A DNA stretch of 63,998 bases, filler included, from Octopus bimaculoides (taxonomy: Eukaryota): NCBI RefSeq assembly GCF_001194135.2. It is 5 parts of 5 records of this genome, joined end to end, with 100 filler letters (N's around TTAATTAATTAA, not from the genome) between each part and the next. Parts side by side here need not be neighbours in the genome. Positions count along the whole stretch, not along the records: positions 23,331 to 52,570 come from NC_068982.1; 4 more parts are not named here. One strand, written 5' to 3'. How positions within the stretch are numbered: the first letter of the stretch is position 1; each line of letters starts with the position of its first letter. This document shows positions 25,166-36,185 of the stretch, in pieces. The notes beneath the pieces were generated by a model, which was not told where the DNA came from, made no database searches, and was given only the letters and a program-made list of their open reading frames with translations. Position numbers and translations under genes: made by a program.

Positions 25166-26446
25166 GGTGAATGTAGTAACTTGCCACATGACAATGATGA
25201 CCACCACCACCACCATGGACAAAATAGACAATTCCTGGCAGTGAGTTGTGTCCGTGAGCAAGACACTTTATTTCACATTGCTTCAGTCAAACATGAGTTG
25301 TGCCTATAACTCAAAGGGCTTGCTTTGTCATATTCTGTGTAACACTGAATTTCCCTGAGAATTAGGCTCTGGGTACACATGTCTGTGGAGTGCTCAACCA
25401 CTTGCACATTAATTTCATGAGCAGGCTGTTCCATTGATTAAATCAACTGAAACACTTGTCATAACTGATGGAGGACCAGAGAGTCATGTGGTTGAGAACT
25501 TAGCCTCCCAATCACGTGGTTTCATGTTCTGTCCCACTGCATGTTACCTTGGACTGACCAATGCCTTGGGAGTGGATCTGGTGGATGGAAACTGTGGAAG
25601 CCTGTGACTGAGTAGTTCATCAAAAAGTGAACAATAAAATAATACCAAACTTAAATCAATTTGGTTGACATCGTGGGTGTAGTGTAATGACTGAAACAAT
25701 AATTATATGTATATGTATAACTACTACAGAAACATGACTAACGAGTACATTATTTAGAAGATGAGAGACTGAAAGATATTAATGGATTTAAAACTGTTAC
25801 TGTGAAAAATCATTAATAAAAGACTTTAAACTCAAATACTGTTGTGTTTTCAATATAACATTTGAAAGCAATAGTGTTTCTTGTGTATGTATAAACACAC
25901 ACAATTGGATGGAATAATGAATAATGATTGGGACAAATCAGAACATTGAATAAAAAAGAAGATAGTGGGAGACAAAGAAGAGAGAATGGAATAATGATTC
26001 AAGGAAATACTGATGAGGATGGAGCGCGTTCCTTCGGCATTGGTCTGCAAAGTGTGAGGAGAAGACCTCATTCACCATTTTTTTTTTTTTTCAGCCTAGC
26101 CCCTTTTATGTCACGAGGGAAGGTTGTATGGGTGAATTGCTTCGTGTACCAATATCAAAAGAATGCCAAAGCTAAAATTTCAACCAAATAGCGGCATATA
26201 CAAATTTGTGTCTGTGGTGAAAATAGAGCTGATATGATAATGCTGGTCAACCATTTTCTGGCCCAAGATTTATCAATGGTTTTTAGCTAATTTTGTGGGG
26301 ATGAATCTAAAATCTGGCATCAGATTTTGTCTATCACCTCAGATTTTTGAGATATAAAATGTTTTAGTTTTGCTAGAAACAGTTATCTAATTCTCATAAA
26401 GGAAGAATTAAACATACGTAAATGCAATTTTTAATAGACAGTATAC

Positions 26447-26830
26447 TCTCTTTTACCTGTTTCAGTCATTTGACTGCGGCCATGCTGGAGCACTACCTTT
26501 AGTCAAGCAAATTGACCCCAGGACTTATTCTTTGTAAGCCTAGTACTTATTCTATCGGTCTCTTTTGTCAAACCGCTAAGTTACGGTGACGTAAACACAC
26601 CAGCATCAGTTGTCAAGCGATGTTGGGGGGACAAACACAGAAACACACACACACATATATATATACATATATACAACGGGCTTCTTTCAGTTTCCGTCTA
26701 CCAAATCCACTCACAAGGCTTTGGTCGGCCCGAGGCTATAGTAGAAGGTATTTGCCCAAGGTGCCACGCAGTGGGACTGAACCCGGAACCATGTGGTTGG
26801 TATGCAAGCTACTTACCACTCAGCCACTCC
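26447..26830 (-). mobile_element. SINE family B (CORE-like), near full length
   Basis: Colinear with 21555-21930. Confidence 0.9.
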
Positions 26831-26974
26831 TGTCATTTTTTAATCTAATAAACCAAAACACAAAGCTATGGGGGTAAATGCACATTAGCATGTAAGAATT
26901 AAGTTTGGTGATAACAAAATATGAATACGAAATCTCTGTTCATTGTGGTCATTCATTCTGATTGTCTTATTTGA

Positions 26975-27480
26975 TGATTTCTTGTGCATGGCTTCTGGAA
27001 TGTCTCCCATCAAGCTCCAGCAGTAATCTGACATGTTTGAGCCCCATCAGCCTTCTTCCATTACTTTTACATCTTGATGAATGCGTTTACCTTGTTCTTC
27101 ACTAACATCACCCACATTCTCTGGAAACTCACACAAGTGACCATGTAACTGGACCAATTTAATGCTCATTCTACAAACCCAAGAACTGCTCCTCCACAAT
27201 CTCCTGATAGTTGTCAGCTTCCCTGTTTCCAAGGAAATTCTGCACCACATCAGAGAAGGCATTCCAAGCTCTAGCCTCTGTCGCACTCATTCTCGTAACA
27301 AAATGTGGATCCCTGAGGAGTGTTCTTATCTGAGGTCCATCAAATATTCCTGCCTTTTTCTCATCACTGAGACTTTGAAAGGCTGTACATATATATCTGA
27401 AGCAGTCTCTACTGTGATCGAGAGCTTTGATGAATCGCTTCAACACAGGTTTTATTCTAGTCTCCAAGTGATATTTTAAA
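26975..27480 (-). pseudogene. Frameshifted DNA-transposase C-terminal remnant, probably Chapaev3 (CMC) family
   Basis: LKRFIKAL...KAGIFDGPQIRTL...VVQNFLGN..ADNYQEIV / CRMSIKL..LHGHL..FPENVGDVSEEQGKRIHQDVKVMEE / MSDYCWSL, with stops and frameshifts. Confidence 0.75.
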
Positions 27481-27489
27481 GTAAGCAAC

Positions 27490-27805
27490 CAGCGTCACCT
27501 TACTGGCACGTGAAAAAACATTTGAGTGAGGTCGTTGCTAGTACCACTGGACTGGCTCCTGTGCAGGTGACATGTAAAATACACCATTTTCAGTGTGGCC
27601 GTTGCCAGTACCGCCTGACTGGCCCTCATGCCGGTGGCACGTAAAAAGCACCCACTACACTCTCAGAGTGGTTGGCGTTAGGAAGGGCATCCAGCTGTAG
27701 AAACTGCCAGATCAGATTGAAGCCTGGTGTAGCCTTCTGGTTCGCCAGTCCTCAGTCAAATTGTCCAACTCATGCTAGCATGGAAAGCGGACGTTAAACG
27801 AACAA
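27490..27805 (+). mobile_element. SINE family C (RTE-like tail)
   Basis: ggttggcgttaggaagggcatccagctgtagaaac...atgctagcatggaaagcggacgttaaacg; other copies at 44395-44720, 46135-46460, 47820-48040 and 48490-48900. Confidence 0.85.
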
Positions 27806-29046
27806 TCAAGATACACCTTGGCAAAGTTATCAATATTTGTGCCTTTGAGCCTGTGGAATGAATTCTCTACAGATTTAACAGAAATATCGGGGGTCATAAC
27901 AGCAGGTCCTTCTTTTTGATGTTGTATCCATAACAAGATCACAGTGGTTCAGTTCCTACCTGAAAAGAAGAGATAGGATTTTAAAGCAACATATTCAAAA
28001 TTAGTATGACAATCCAAAATTCCTGCAAATAGTGGTGTAAAGTTAACTTTTGGTATACTTCTGGTAAGTAAAAGCATATACCAATGGCACAAAAATGTGA
28101 TGTGATAAAGCAAATGTGAGGTCAGTTTTGGAATCATCCTGCCAAAATTAAGTCTAATACAACTCAAAGATTTTATGCCAGGAAATGAAAGTTGTATTTT
28201 GTTGACGAGTGTAATGAGATAAATTCAAAGTGGGCAGATGAAAGTTAAAGGAAAAAAAAAGAAGAGGTAATCATTGATTATAGCGTCGTCAATTAGAATG
28301 AAACCAACAGTAACGAGATATATGCAGAAATAAATAATCTGGCTATCCTGGATGATCGAAACGAATAAACAAATGTTTAACAACATGTGAGACAGAAAAA
28401 CCTTATTTCTCATGGCTATTGATGTGACTCTAATAAACTCAAACAGGCAGCGATGGTGTCTTTATGTAGTTTAATGTTTTATCGTGTTTTTCCCCCTTTT
28501 GTTATTATCAAAGTTTGCACTGATGTATTCTGTACGTTTCTGCTTGAAACGTTTATCAAGATCGGTGAAATTGATGGGTTGTTTTTGCTCAGGTAAATGT
28601 TGTCATTTCTCGGCAACATATTTTAATTAATTTATTAAGCGTGCATTACTGTTCTTATGGGTTAATTTTAATTAGCTCCAATTATATACGAAACAGATGC
28701 AACAATGGATCTTGTTAAATTTCAAGTATTTTCTCTAGATAATTTTTTTAATGCAGTTTTGCAATCTGGAGACGAAATGTGCATTCTAGAAATTAACAAT
28801 AAAGAAGTTATACAATGTCGAAATTTTGAAAAAAAATCTGGTAAAAATTTGAGATACTTAAATGGTTGGAAGAAATTTAACAAGATCCATAATAATGAGT
28901 GAAGGTTAAAGAAAGAGAGAGAGAGAAGGAATAAGACAGGCGAGACATGGAGAAAGAAAGCGATCAATGAATAACTACAGCGAGTGAAAGAGAGGAAGAG
29001 AGGAAGTTGTCACCTCGACTCTCGCAACAAATATTGAAATAGAATT

Positions 29047-29479
29047 ATGTCGGGTCACTCGAACGATTGTGTACAGCCTGTTATTTTCTTATCGCATGGA
29101 GGTGGGCCTTCATTCTTCATGGATATCAAGGAATATCCAGGTATGCGTGGAATGGATCGGGACTCGGAGGCAGCAAAATTCCTGCAAAATCTGACACGAA
29201 CTCACCTGAATAAACGGCCAAAGGCGATCCTAGTTGTCAGCGCCCACTGGGAAGAAAATGTCCCAAGCGCCATGGACGACCAAGATCATTCCTTGTTCTT
29301 TGATTATTACGGATTTCCTAAGAGCATGTATGAACTGAAATGGCCTGCAAAAGGAGCTGCCCGTGTCTCCGAATTATTCAAGACACGCGGTATATCATGC
29401 CGGCAGGCGCATGGTCGTGGGTTAGACCATGGCGTTTTTGTGCCCTTCATCTTAGTCTGGCCAGAAGCCGATATCCCAA
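29047..29479 (+). CDS. DODA: LigB/4,5-DOPA extradiol dioxygenase-like protein, exon 1 of 2 (281 aa in total)
   Basis: Family motifs FLSHGGGP (H17), VVSAHWE (H67), DYYGFP, RGLDHGVFVP, PEADIP; phase-1 donor CCAA|GTAAGT. Confidence 0.93.
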
Positions 29480-29624
29480 GTAAGTTAACCCTCAAATTTT
29501 ATTTAATTATTGTTGCTTTCGTCCTACTACAAACTGCCATCATAGACATTAACCCCAAGCTTACAGGTGGTCCTTGTTGGTTTATCGTTGAAATAGACGG
29601 AACGTTTAGAAATAGCAGCCAAAC

Positions 29625-29808
29625 TTATTTCTGGATTTCCTAAGAGCATACCTGCAGGAGGAGCACCAGGTGCGGCTGTCCGTATCTCCAAATTATTCAA
29701 AACCCACGGTACACCATGCGGGCAGGTACGTGGTCGATGGTTAGCTCATGGGGGATGTTGGTAACCTTCAATTGGAGTCTGGTCGGAGGTCGACATTCCG
29801 AGTAAATT
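29625..29808 (+). pseudogene. Decayed tandem copy of the 3' part of DODA exon 1, including its donor site
   Basis: Aligns to 29305-29485: GFPKS..PAGGAPGAAVRISKLFKTHG..CGQVRGRWLAHG../VWSEVDIP then a|gtaaat; carries a 15-nt deletion and a frameshift. Confidence 0.85.
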
Positions 29809-30039
29809 GATCGGAAGTGACGACAGGTACCATCTCTTGGGCTACGTGTAAACAAATCTTTATTACATAACCAACGAAGAGAGCCGTCATGGGCAAACTG
29901 CGGCCCACGGGACGGTACTGAATATTTTTAGTAGTGAGGCCCGACTGATGATAAGCCATATCTTAGCGGGCCGCTTCTCGAAAATTATGGCTCATGCCTA
30001 TACAAATATTTTATATAAGATGAAAACAATCATATGTAT

Positions 30040-31439
30040 GGGGGTGTTAATGCAGTTTTGCACCTCTCATTGAAAAATGCATTAAAATAATTTTTTTTTC
30101 GGATTCCTACGTTTAAGATGTCGGAGATTACGAATAGGTAAAAAAAAAAAAAAAATTTTTAACCCCCTAAAATTTTGGACTTTATCGAAATTTTTTTCTC
30201 GTTATGTTTTTAGATGACGGATATTCCGAAAATGCAAGAGACCACGTTTTCAAAATTTTAATTCAATAAGAATATAGATATGTGTATATAAAGAGATGCG
30301 TATAAAGATATAGGCACAGGCGTGGCTGTGTGGTCAGAAGTCTTNNNNNNNNNNNNNNNNNNNNNNNNNNNNNNNNNNNNNNNNNNNNNNNNNNNNNNNN
30401 NNNNNNNNNNNNNNNNNNNNNNNNNNNNNNNNNNNNNNNNNNNNNNNNNNNNNNNNNNNNNNNNNNNNNNNNNNNNNNNNNNNNNNNNNNNNNNNNNNNN
30501 NNNNNNNNNNNNNNNNNNNNNNNNNNNNNNNNNNNNNNNNNNNNNNNNNNNNNNNNNNNNNNNNNNNNNNNNNNNNNNNNNNNNNNNNNNNNNNNNNNNN
30601 NNNNNNNNNNNNNNNNNNNNNNNNNNNNNNNNNNNNNNNNNNNNNNNNNNNNNNNNNNNNNNNNNNNNNNNNNNNNNNNNNNNNNNNNNNNNNNNNNNNN
30701 NNNNNNNNNNNNNNNNNNNNNNNNNNNNNNNNNNNNNNNNNNNNNNNNNNNNNNNNNNNNNNNNNNNNNNNNNNNNNNNNNNNNNNNNNNNNNNNNNNNN
30801 NNNNNNNNNNNNNNNNNNNNNNNNNNNNNNNNNNNNNNNNNNNNNNNNNNNNNNNNNNNNNNNNNNNNNNNNNNNNNNNNNNNNNNNNNNNNNNNNNNNN
30901 NNNNNNNNNNNNNNNNNNNNNNNNNNNNNNNNNNNNNNNNNNNNNNNNNNNNNNNNNNNNNNNNNNNNNNNNNNNNNNNNNNNNNNNNNNNNNNNNNNNN
31001 NNNNNNNNNNNNNNNNNNNNNNNNNNNNNNNNNNNNNNNNNNNNNNNNNNNNNNNNNNNNNNNNNNNNNNNNNNNNNNNNNNNNNNNNNNNNNNNNNNNN
31101 NNNNNNNNNNNNNNNNNNNNNNNNNNNNNNNNNNNNNNNNNNTGTATCTAATTTACATTAAACTCTTATTGACACAAGTAAAACGCAAATTCTCTTCACT
31201 TAAATGTTTTTGTCTGGATTTAATTTCGATCTGCCAATGTTTGTCAATTTGCTACGATCTCTTTAAAGTAAACAAAATTAAAAATTTAAATGGGGGTGCG
31301 AGGGGGAGGTGGCGAAAATAAAAAAAACATTTTTTTTTTGCATATTCGTAATCTCCGACATCCAAAACGTAAGAATCCGAAAGAAAATTTTCCAAAAACT
31401 GCATTTTTCAAGGAGAGGTGCGAAACTGCATTAGGCCCC
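30040..31439. mobile_element. Non-autonomous DNA transposon with about 110-bp imperfect TIRs, in the DODA intron
   Basis: Left ggggg..taatgcagttttgcacctctcattgaaaaatgca...gatgtcggagattacgaata matches the reverse complement of about 31350-31439; a family B SINE head enters the central gap at about 30315. Confidence 0.75.
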
Positions 31440-31816
31440 ATTTATGTTAGGTATGGTAAGGTTGGAACGGTGTACCTCTCGGCTGTTATTTCTGAAGTAT
31501 TTAAGAAATAACACAGGTACCCTAGTAGGTACCTGTGGACACAGTATACTGAGGGAATTCTGTGAAAGTTAAATTATTTCACCAGTAGCTTGCTTACCAA
31601 CCACATGGTTCCGGGCTCAGTCCCACTGTGTGGAACCTTGAATGAGCTTTGTTTCCTAATAACTTTCTGAACAAAGGGTATTATTTAATGAAATTGTCTA
31701 TAAATACCTTTCAGATGGTGTAGATTACAATTATGTCAGAATTGAATATGAAAAAAATTGCTAGGCTCGCACACATGCATACCGACACACATCACAAAAT
31801 GAAACTTAAAATTAGC

Positions 31817-32171
31817 AGTTGTATGCTGTCAACTTAATGTGACAGTCCCCTGAAGGGAATAATACTACTGTTGGTTAGACCTAGGAAGCTGCACCGCTTC
31901 CCGTCGGCCTTGACACATTTCCTGTGTCCTTATGTTCACAAGGGGGAGACAAGCACTTCCACCCAGCTAAGCCTGCATCCAGAGACATGTTTCTGAGTCT
32001 TTGCTCTGGATGCAGGCTTAGCTGGGTGGAGGTGCTAGTCTCCCCCTTGTAAACATAAGGACACAGGAAATATGTCAAGGCCGACAGGAAGCGGTGTAGC
32101 TTCCTAGGTCTAACCAACAGTAGTATTATTCCCTTCAGGGGACTGTCACATTAAGTTGACAGCATACAACT
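31817..32171. repeat. Near-perfect fold-back: 168-bp arms, 19-nt loop
   Basis: 31817-31984 is the reverse complement of 32004-32171, with 6 mismatches counted by eye. Confidence 0.97.
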
Positions 32172-32284
32172 ACTTCATCGTATCACTACTGCATAAATTT
32201 CTCTCAGAGATTTAGAAATGTATTATTTCTAAAGATTAAAATTAGCTTTCCTAATTTTTAATATTTTATTGTAATTCATTTCAG

Positions 32285-32697
32285 CATTTCAAGTGTCTCT
32301 GAAGAATACTTTGGACATGAAAGAACACCAAGAAATTGGTGAGGCATTATCAGAACTACGCAAAGACGGAATACTTATTGTTGGATCTGGTTTTATGACT
32401 CACTCTAGCGAAAAAGCGAAAACTGTTGATGGTGTATTTGAATGGGCAACCGAATTTAAAGTTTGGGAGCGCAATGTATTTTGTAACCCCAAATTATCAC
32501 CATCAGAAAGGAAAAAACAAATGCTTGAGTGTGAATCTCTTGGATTTTTTCACAAAGCCCATCCCCGTATCGAACATTTCCTGCCATTGGTTGTGGCGTC
32601 TGCAGCAGCTGGTTACGTCTGTGGAGAGGCAATATTTTCTCAGTTTGTATCCCCAAGTTTATTGTTGGAACATGTCCTGTTTAAATCTGACCCTTAA
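32285..32697 (+). CDS. DODA: LigB/4,5-DOPA extradiol dioxygenase-like protein, exon 2 of 2
   Basis: Acceptor ttcag|CA restores the frame (DIP-T-FQVSL); motifs LIVGSGFMTH (H184) and AHPRIEHFLPL (H242); stop TAA; 433+413=846 nt. Confidence 0.92.
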
Positions 32698-32714
32698 CAT
32701 GTAACTAAAACTGG

Positions 32715-32900
32715 TTGAGGAAGGTTTTGCACGCCGACCTTACAAAACCCCTCACTGCCCAAACAGACCCATCGGTTGGAGGGGTGTCACCTGAACGGTG
32801 CAAAAAGTCTCGTCTGCCAAGAATAGAGCATCACCAACAAATGGTGGATGCAGTAATGTACTATTACTTCACCTCCCTCCCCACCACTCATACTACTACT
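32715..32900. repeat. Dispersed repeat immediately after the DODA stop codon
   Basis: ccaaacagacccat.ggttgga...gtgcaaa...catcaccaacaaatggtggat.cagt recurs at about 40685-40870. Confidence 0.7.
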
Positions 32901-34689
32901 ACTACTGCTGCTGCTGCTTAACGAAAGATCATGTAACACACACACACACTTGAAGGGTTTAATTAAGCAAGCCAAACCCTAGTACTTATTCTATTGGTCT
33001 CTTTTGCCAATAAGTTACAGGGACATAAACAAACCAACACTGGTTGTCAAGCAATGGTGGGGTACAAACACACAATGTTTCTGTCTGCCAAATTTACTCC
33101 CAAGGCCATTGGTTGGTTTGAGGTTACTCAGTGGAAGACTTCTGATCAAAGTGCTGTACAGCGAGATTGAATGCAAAACTCCAGGGTTGCAAAGTCAGGN
33201 NNNNNNNNNNNNNNNNNNNNNNNNNNNNNNNNNNNNNNNNNNNNNNNNNNNNNNNNNNNNNNNNNNNNNNNNNNNNNNNNNNNNNNNNNNNNNNNNNNNN
33301 NNNNNNNNNNNNNNNNNNNNNNNNNNNNNNNNNNNNNNNNNNNNNNNNNNNNNNNNNNNNNNNNNNNNNNNNNNNNNNNNNNNNNNNNNNNNNNNNNNNN
33401 NNNNNNNNNNNNNNNNNNNNNNNNNNNNNNNNNNNNNNNNNNNNNNNNNNNNNNNNNNNNNNNNNNNNNNNNNNNNNNNNNNNNNNNNNNNNNNNNNNNN
33501 NNNNNNNNNNNNNNNNNNNNNNNNNNNNNNNNNNNNNNNNNNNNNNNNNNNNNNNNNNNNNNNNNNNNNNNNNNNNNNNNNNNNNNNNNNNNNNNNNNNN
33601 NNNNNNNNNNNNNNNNNNNNNNNNNNNNNNNNNNNNNNNNNNNNNNNNNNNNNNNNNNNNNNNNNNNNNNNNNNNNNNNNNNNNNNNNNNNNNNNNNNNN
33701 NNNNNNNNNNNNNNNNNNNNNNNNNNNNNNNNNNNNNNNNNNNNNNNNNNNNNNNNNNNNNNNNNNNNNNNNNNNNNNNNNNNNNNNNNNNNNNNNNNNN
33801 NNNNNNNNNNNNNNNNNNNNNNNNNNNNNNNNNNNNNNNNNNNNNNNNNNNNNNNNNNNNNNNNNNNNNNNNNNNNNNNNNNNNNNNNNNNNNNNNNNNN
33901 NNNNNNNNNNNNNNNNNNNNNNNNNNNNNNNNNNNNNNNNNNNNNNNNNNNNNNNNNNNNNNNNNNNNNNNNNNNNNNNNNNNNNNNNNNNNNNNNNNNN
34001 NNNNNNNNNNNCCCCCCCACGAGAGGATGAAAGGCAAAGTTGACCTTGGCAGAATTTGAACTCAGAATGTAAAGACAGACAAAATACCACTAAAATCAAA
34101 GACTCATGTTCCAAGGAAAATAATTTTTATTCTATTCATTAAAAAATACATTCATATATATATATATACATATGTGTGAGTGTGTATGTATACATACATA
34201 CACATACAATATTTCAAGATATATTTATTGTATCTATAACATATAAAAATACTACATCATAAAAAAAAAGAACAATATACTTTTAATATTTACATATTTG
34301 CTTTGCCTTTTTTCTTTTTTTTTCCATATTTTTGTTTTTTTTCAAGCTAATAGAGTTGGGTTTAACTTTACTCAAAGTATAAGCTTCTATCTGAGATCTT
34401 GTTTATAAAGAATCTGTATTGTAGCCCTTGTAGTTGAAAAGAGAATCTCGAGAAATAACACCATCACTAAGACCCACTGTCCTAAAATCTTATTTCTTAG
34501 AAAAAATGATATGATTTTTTTTCATAAATATATTTTTCAAAATACAATAAAATAGTGTCTGGATTACAGATTAAACATCATTCCTAAAATAGAGTTAGAA
34601 TCCATTTGTTTTGTTTTGTTTCAATTCTGTTCCTAGTTTTGTATTTTCATTCTTTTCTGTCACATGGTACGTTTAGTGTTTTTTTTTAA

Positions 34690-34892
34690 CCCTTTAGCAT
34701 TTAAACTGGCCTAAATATTGTTTTATGTTCAAACCAGCCAGATCTGGTCTCTTACACTACCCTACAATGTCATTCTAAAAATAAACAATCACATCATCAA
34801 AATCTCAAAGCCTCAAGATAATGCATGATTAATCCAAAAACAAGTGGAATAAATAAACACACATTTGGCAGAGTAATCTGAATGCTAAAGGG
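34690..34892. mobile_element. piggyBac-type MITE
   Basis: TTAA|CCCTTTAGCATT ... AATGCTAAAGGG|TTAA, i.e. TTAA target-site duplication and 12-bp TIRs. Confidence 0.88.
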
Positions 34893-35254
34893 TTAATCCT
34901 TTTCTCGTGAAATACACCAGTTTTTTTTTTTTTTAGCTAATTTTAAAAACAGTCAAGAATTTGGCAGGATTTAGCAAAATTTCTGTCATTTATTAATATT
35001 ATATATATTTTATGCTTAGAATTGTGAAAACATGGAATAAACCATATGTGTTGGTTGTTAGCTGCCAGGATACTGAATCATTTGAAATATTCCAACACTT
35101 TCTGGAACTAACACTACTCCTGATCTACCTAAGCACCTTTTCCTTCTCATGGCCCATTTTCTGTTCATTTTGTTCTTCATATCATGTGTCTACCTCTCGC
35201 TTTCATTACTTACACCTACTTCCTGTCTTCTCTTTTACCTTTTCCCAATAATTT

Positions 35255-35590
35255 GCAATGCATCTGAGCATTACTTACAAAATTGGAAAACAACAGAGTG
35301 TCCATGACTTTTGGAAACATTTTTTCTTCATGCCCAGAATTGCTGAAGCATGGAATAAACTACTGGCATCGGTTGTTAGTTGTTGGGACATTACATTCTG
35401 CAAAACTTCCAGGCTTCCCGAAATTCAACAACAGTACACCTGATGCCCCACCTGTATTTTTAAACTACTTGTTTACTATTCACTTCCTGTGAATTATTTT
35501 ATGCACTGTACATGCACTTTTGGTTACCATTGGTTACCATTCCTGATGACTTGTAGTGCAGCACCCAAGCAGCACTGTATACGATAAGTT
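35255..35590 (+). mobile_element. CR1-type LINE 3' remnant
   Basis: KHFFFMPRIAEAWNKLLASVVSCWDI..FK-like RT C-terminal motif; homologous to 42945-43270. Confidence 0.75.
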
Positions 35591-35963
35591 CATTATTCAT
35601 TGTATACAATAGACTCATTATCATTTAAGGTCCATGTTCCATAGTGGCACAGGACGGACAGTTTGACAAGATCCAATGAGTCCAAGGACTGCAATGTACT
35701 CCACTTTCTACTTTGGAATGATCCCAACAGCTGGAGGTCTTCCCAACACCAAACAATTTACACCTTGTATTGAGTGCTTTTTTTCATGTCACCAGCACTA
35801 GCTAACAAGACTATGAACCCTGAAAGAGGCAGCTTCATGCTAGGAGATCAGTGTGGTTAAAATATGAGGGAAGGGGCCAAAGCAAAACAGGTCTCTTGCT
35901 GTAGAGGAAGTACACAATAAACTCATTATTACAATTTGTGTAAAATTATGATGGAAGGTTTAA

Positions 35964-36185
35964 CCCTTTAGCATTTCAACTGACCATTTCCAGCCCATAT
36001 ATTCCACCTGTTTTATGTTGAAACTGGCCAGATCTGGCCCTTCACACCTATCCCGCAATGTTATTCTAAAAATAAACAATCACGTCTTATTGTAATTTTG
36101 AAGCTTCAAGATAATTCAGGATTAATTGAAAACAATGGAAATGTATACGTATTGCATTTAACAGAATAATCTGAACGCTTAAGGG
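35964..36185. mobile_element. piggyBac-type MITE nested in a second MITE family
   Basis: Same family as 34690-34892 with TTAA TSD; flanks (gatggaagg / ...ggtatcaaaagggtt) resemble the uninterrupted element at 39962-40170. Confidence 0.8.

Noticed and set aside
28225-28413. Minus-strand ATG in good context, head-to-head with DODA
   Set aside because: Short hydrophobic ORF without a credible donor or downstream exons.
29047-29479. Higher CpG content of DODA exon 1 than exon 2 as a sign of recent bacterial origin or contamination
   Set aside because: The gene has a canonical spliceosomal intron filled with host repeats; 5' CpG retention is expected near promoters.
29480-29643. ORF-track extension of DODA exon 1 (SKLTLKFYL...FWIS)
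   Set aside because: Read-through of the intron past the GTAAGT donor; family homology resumes only in exon 2.
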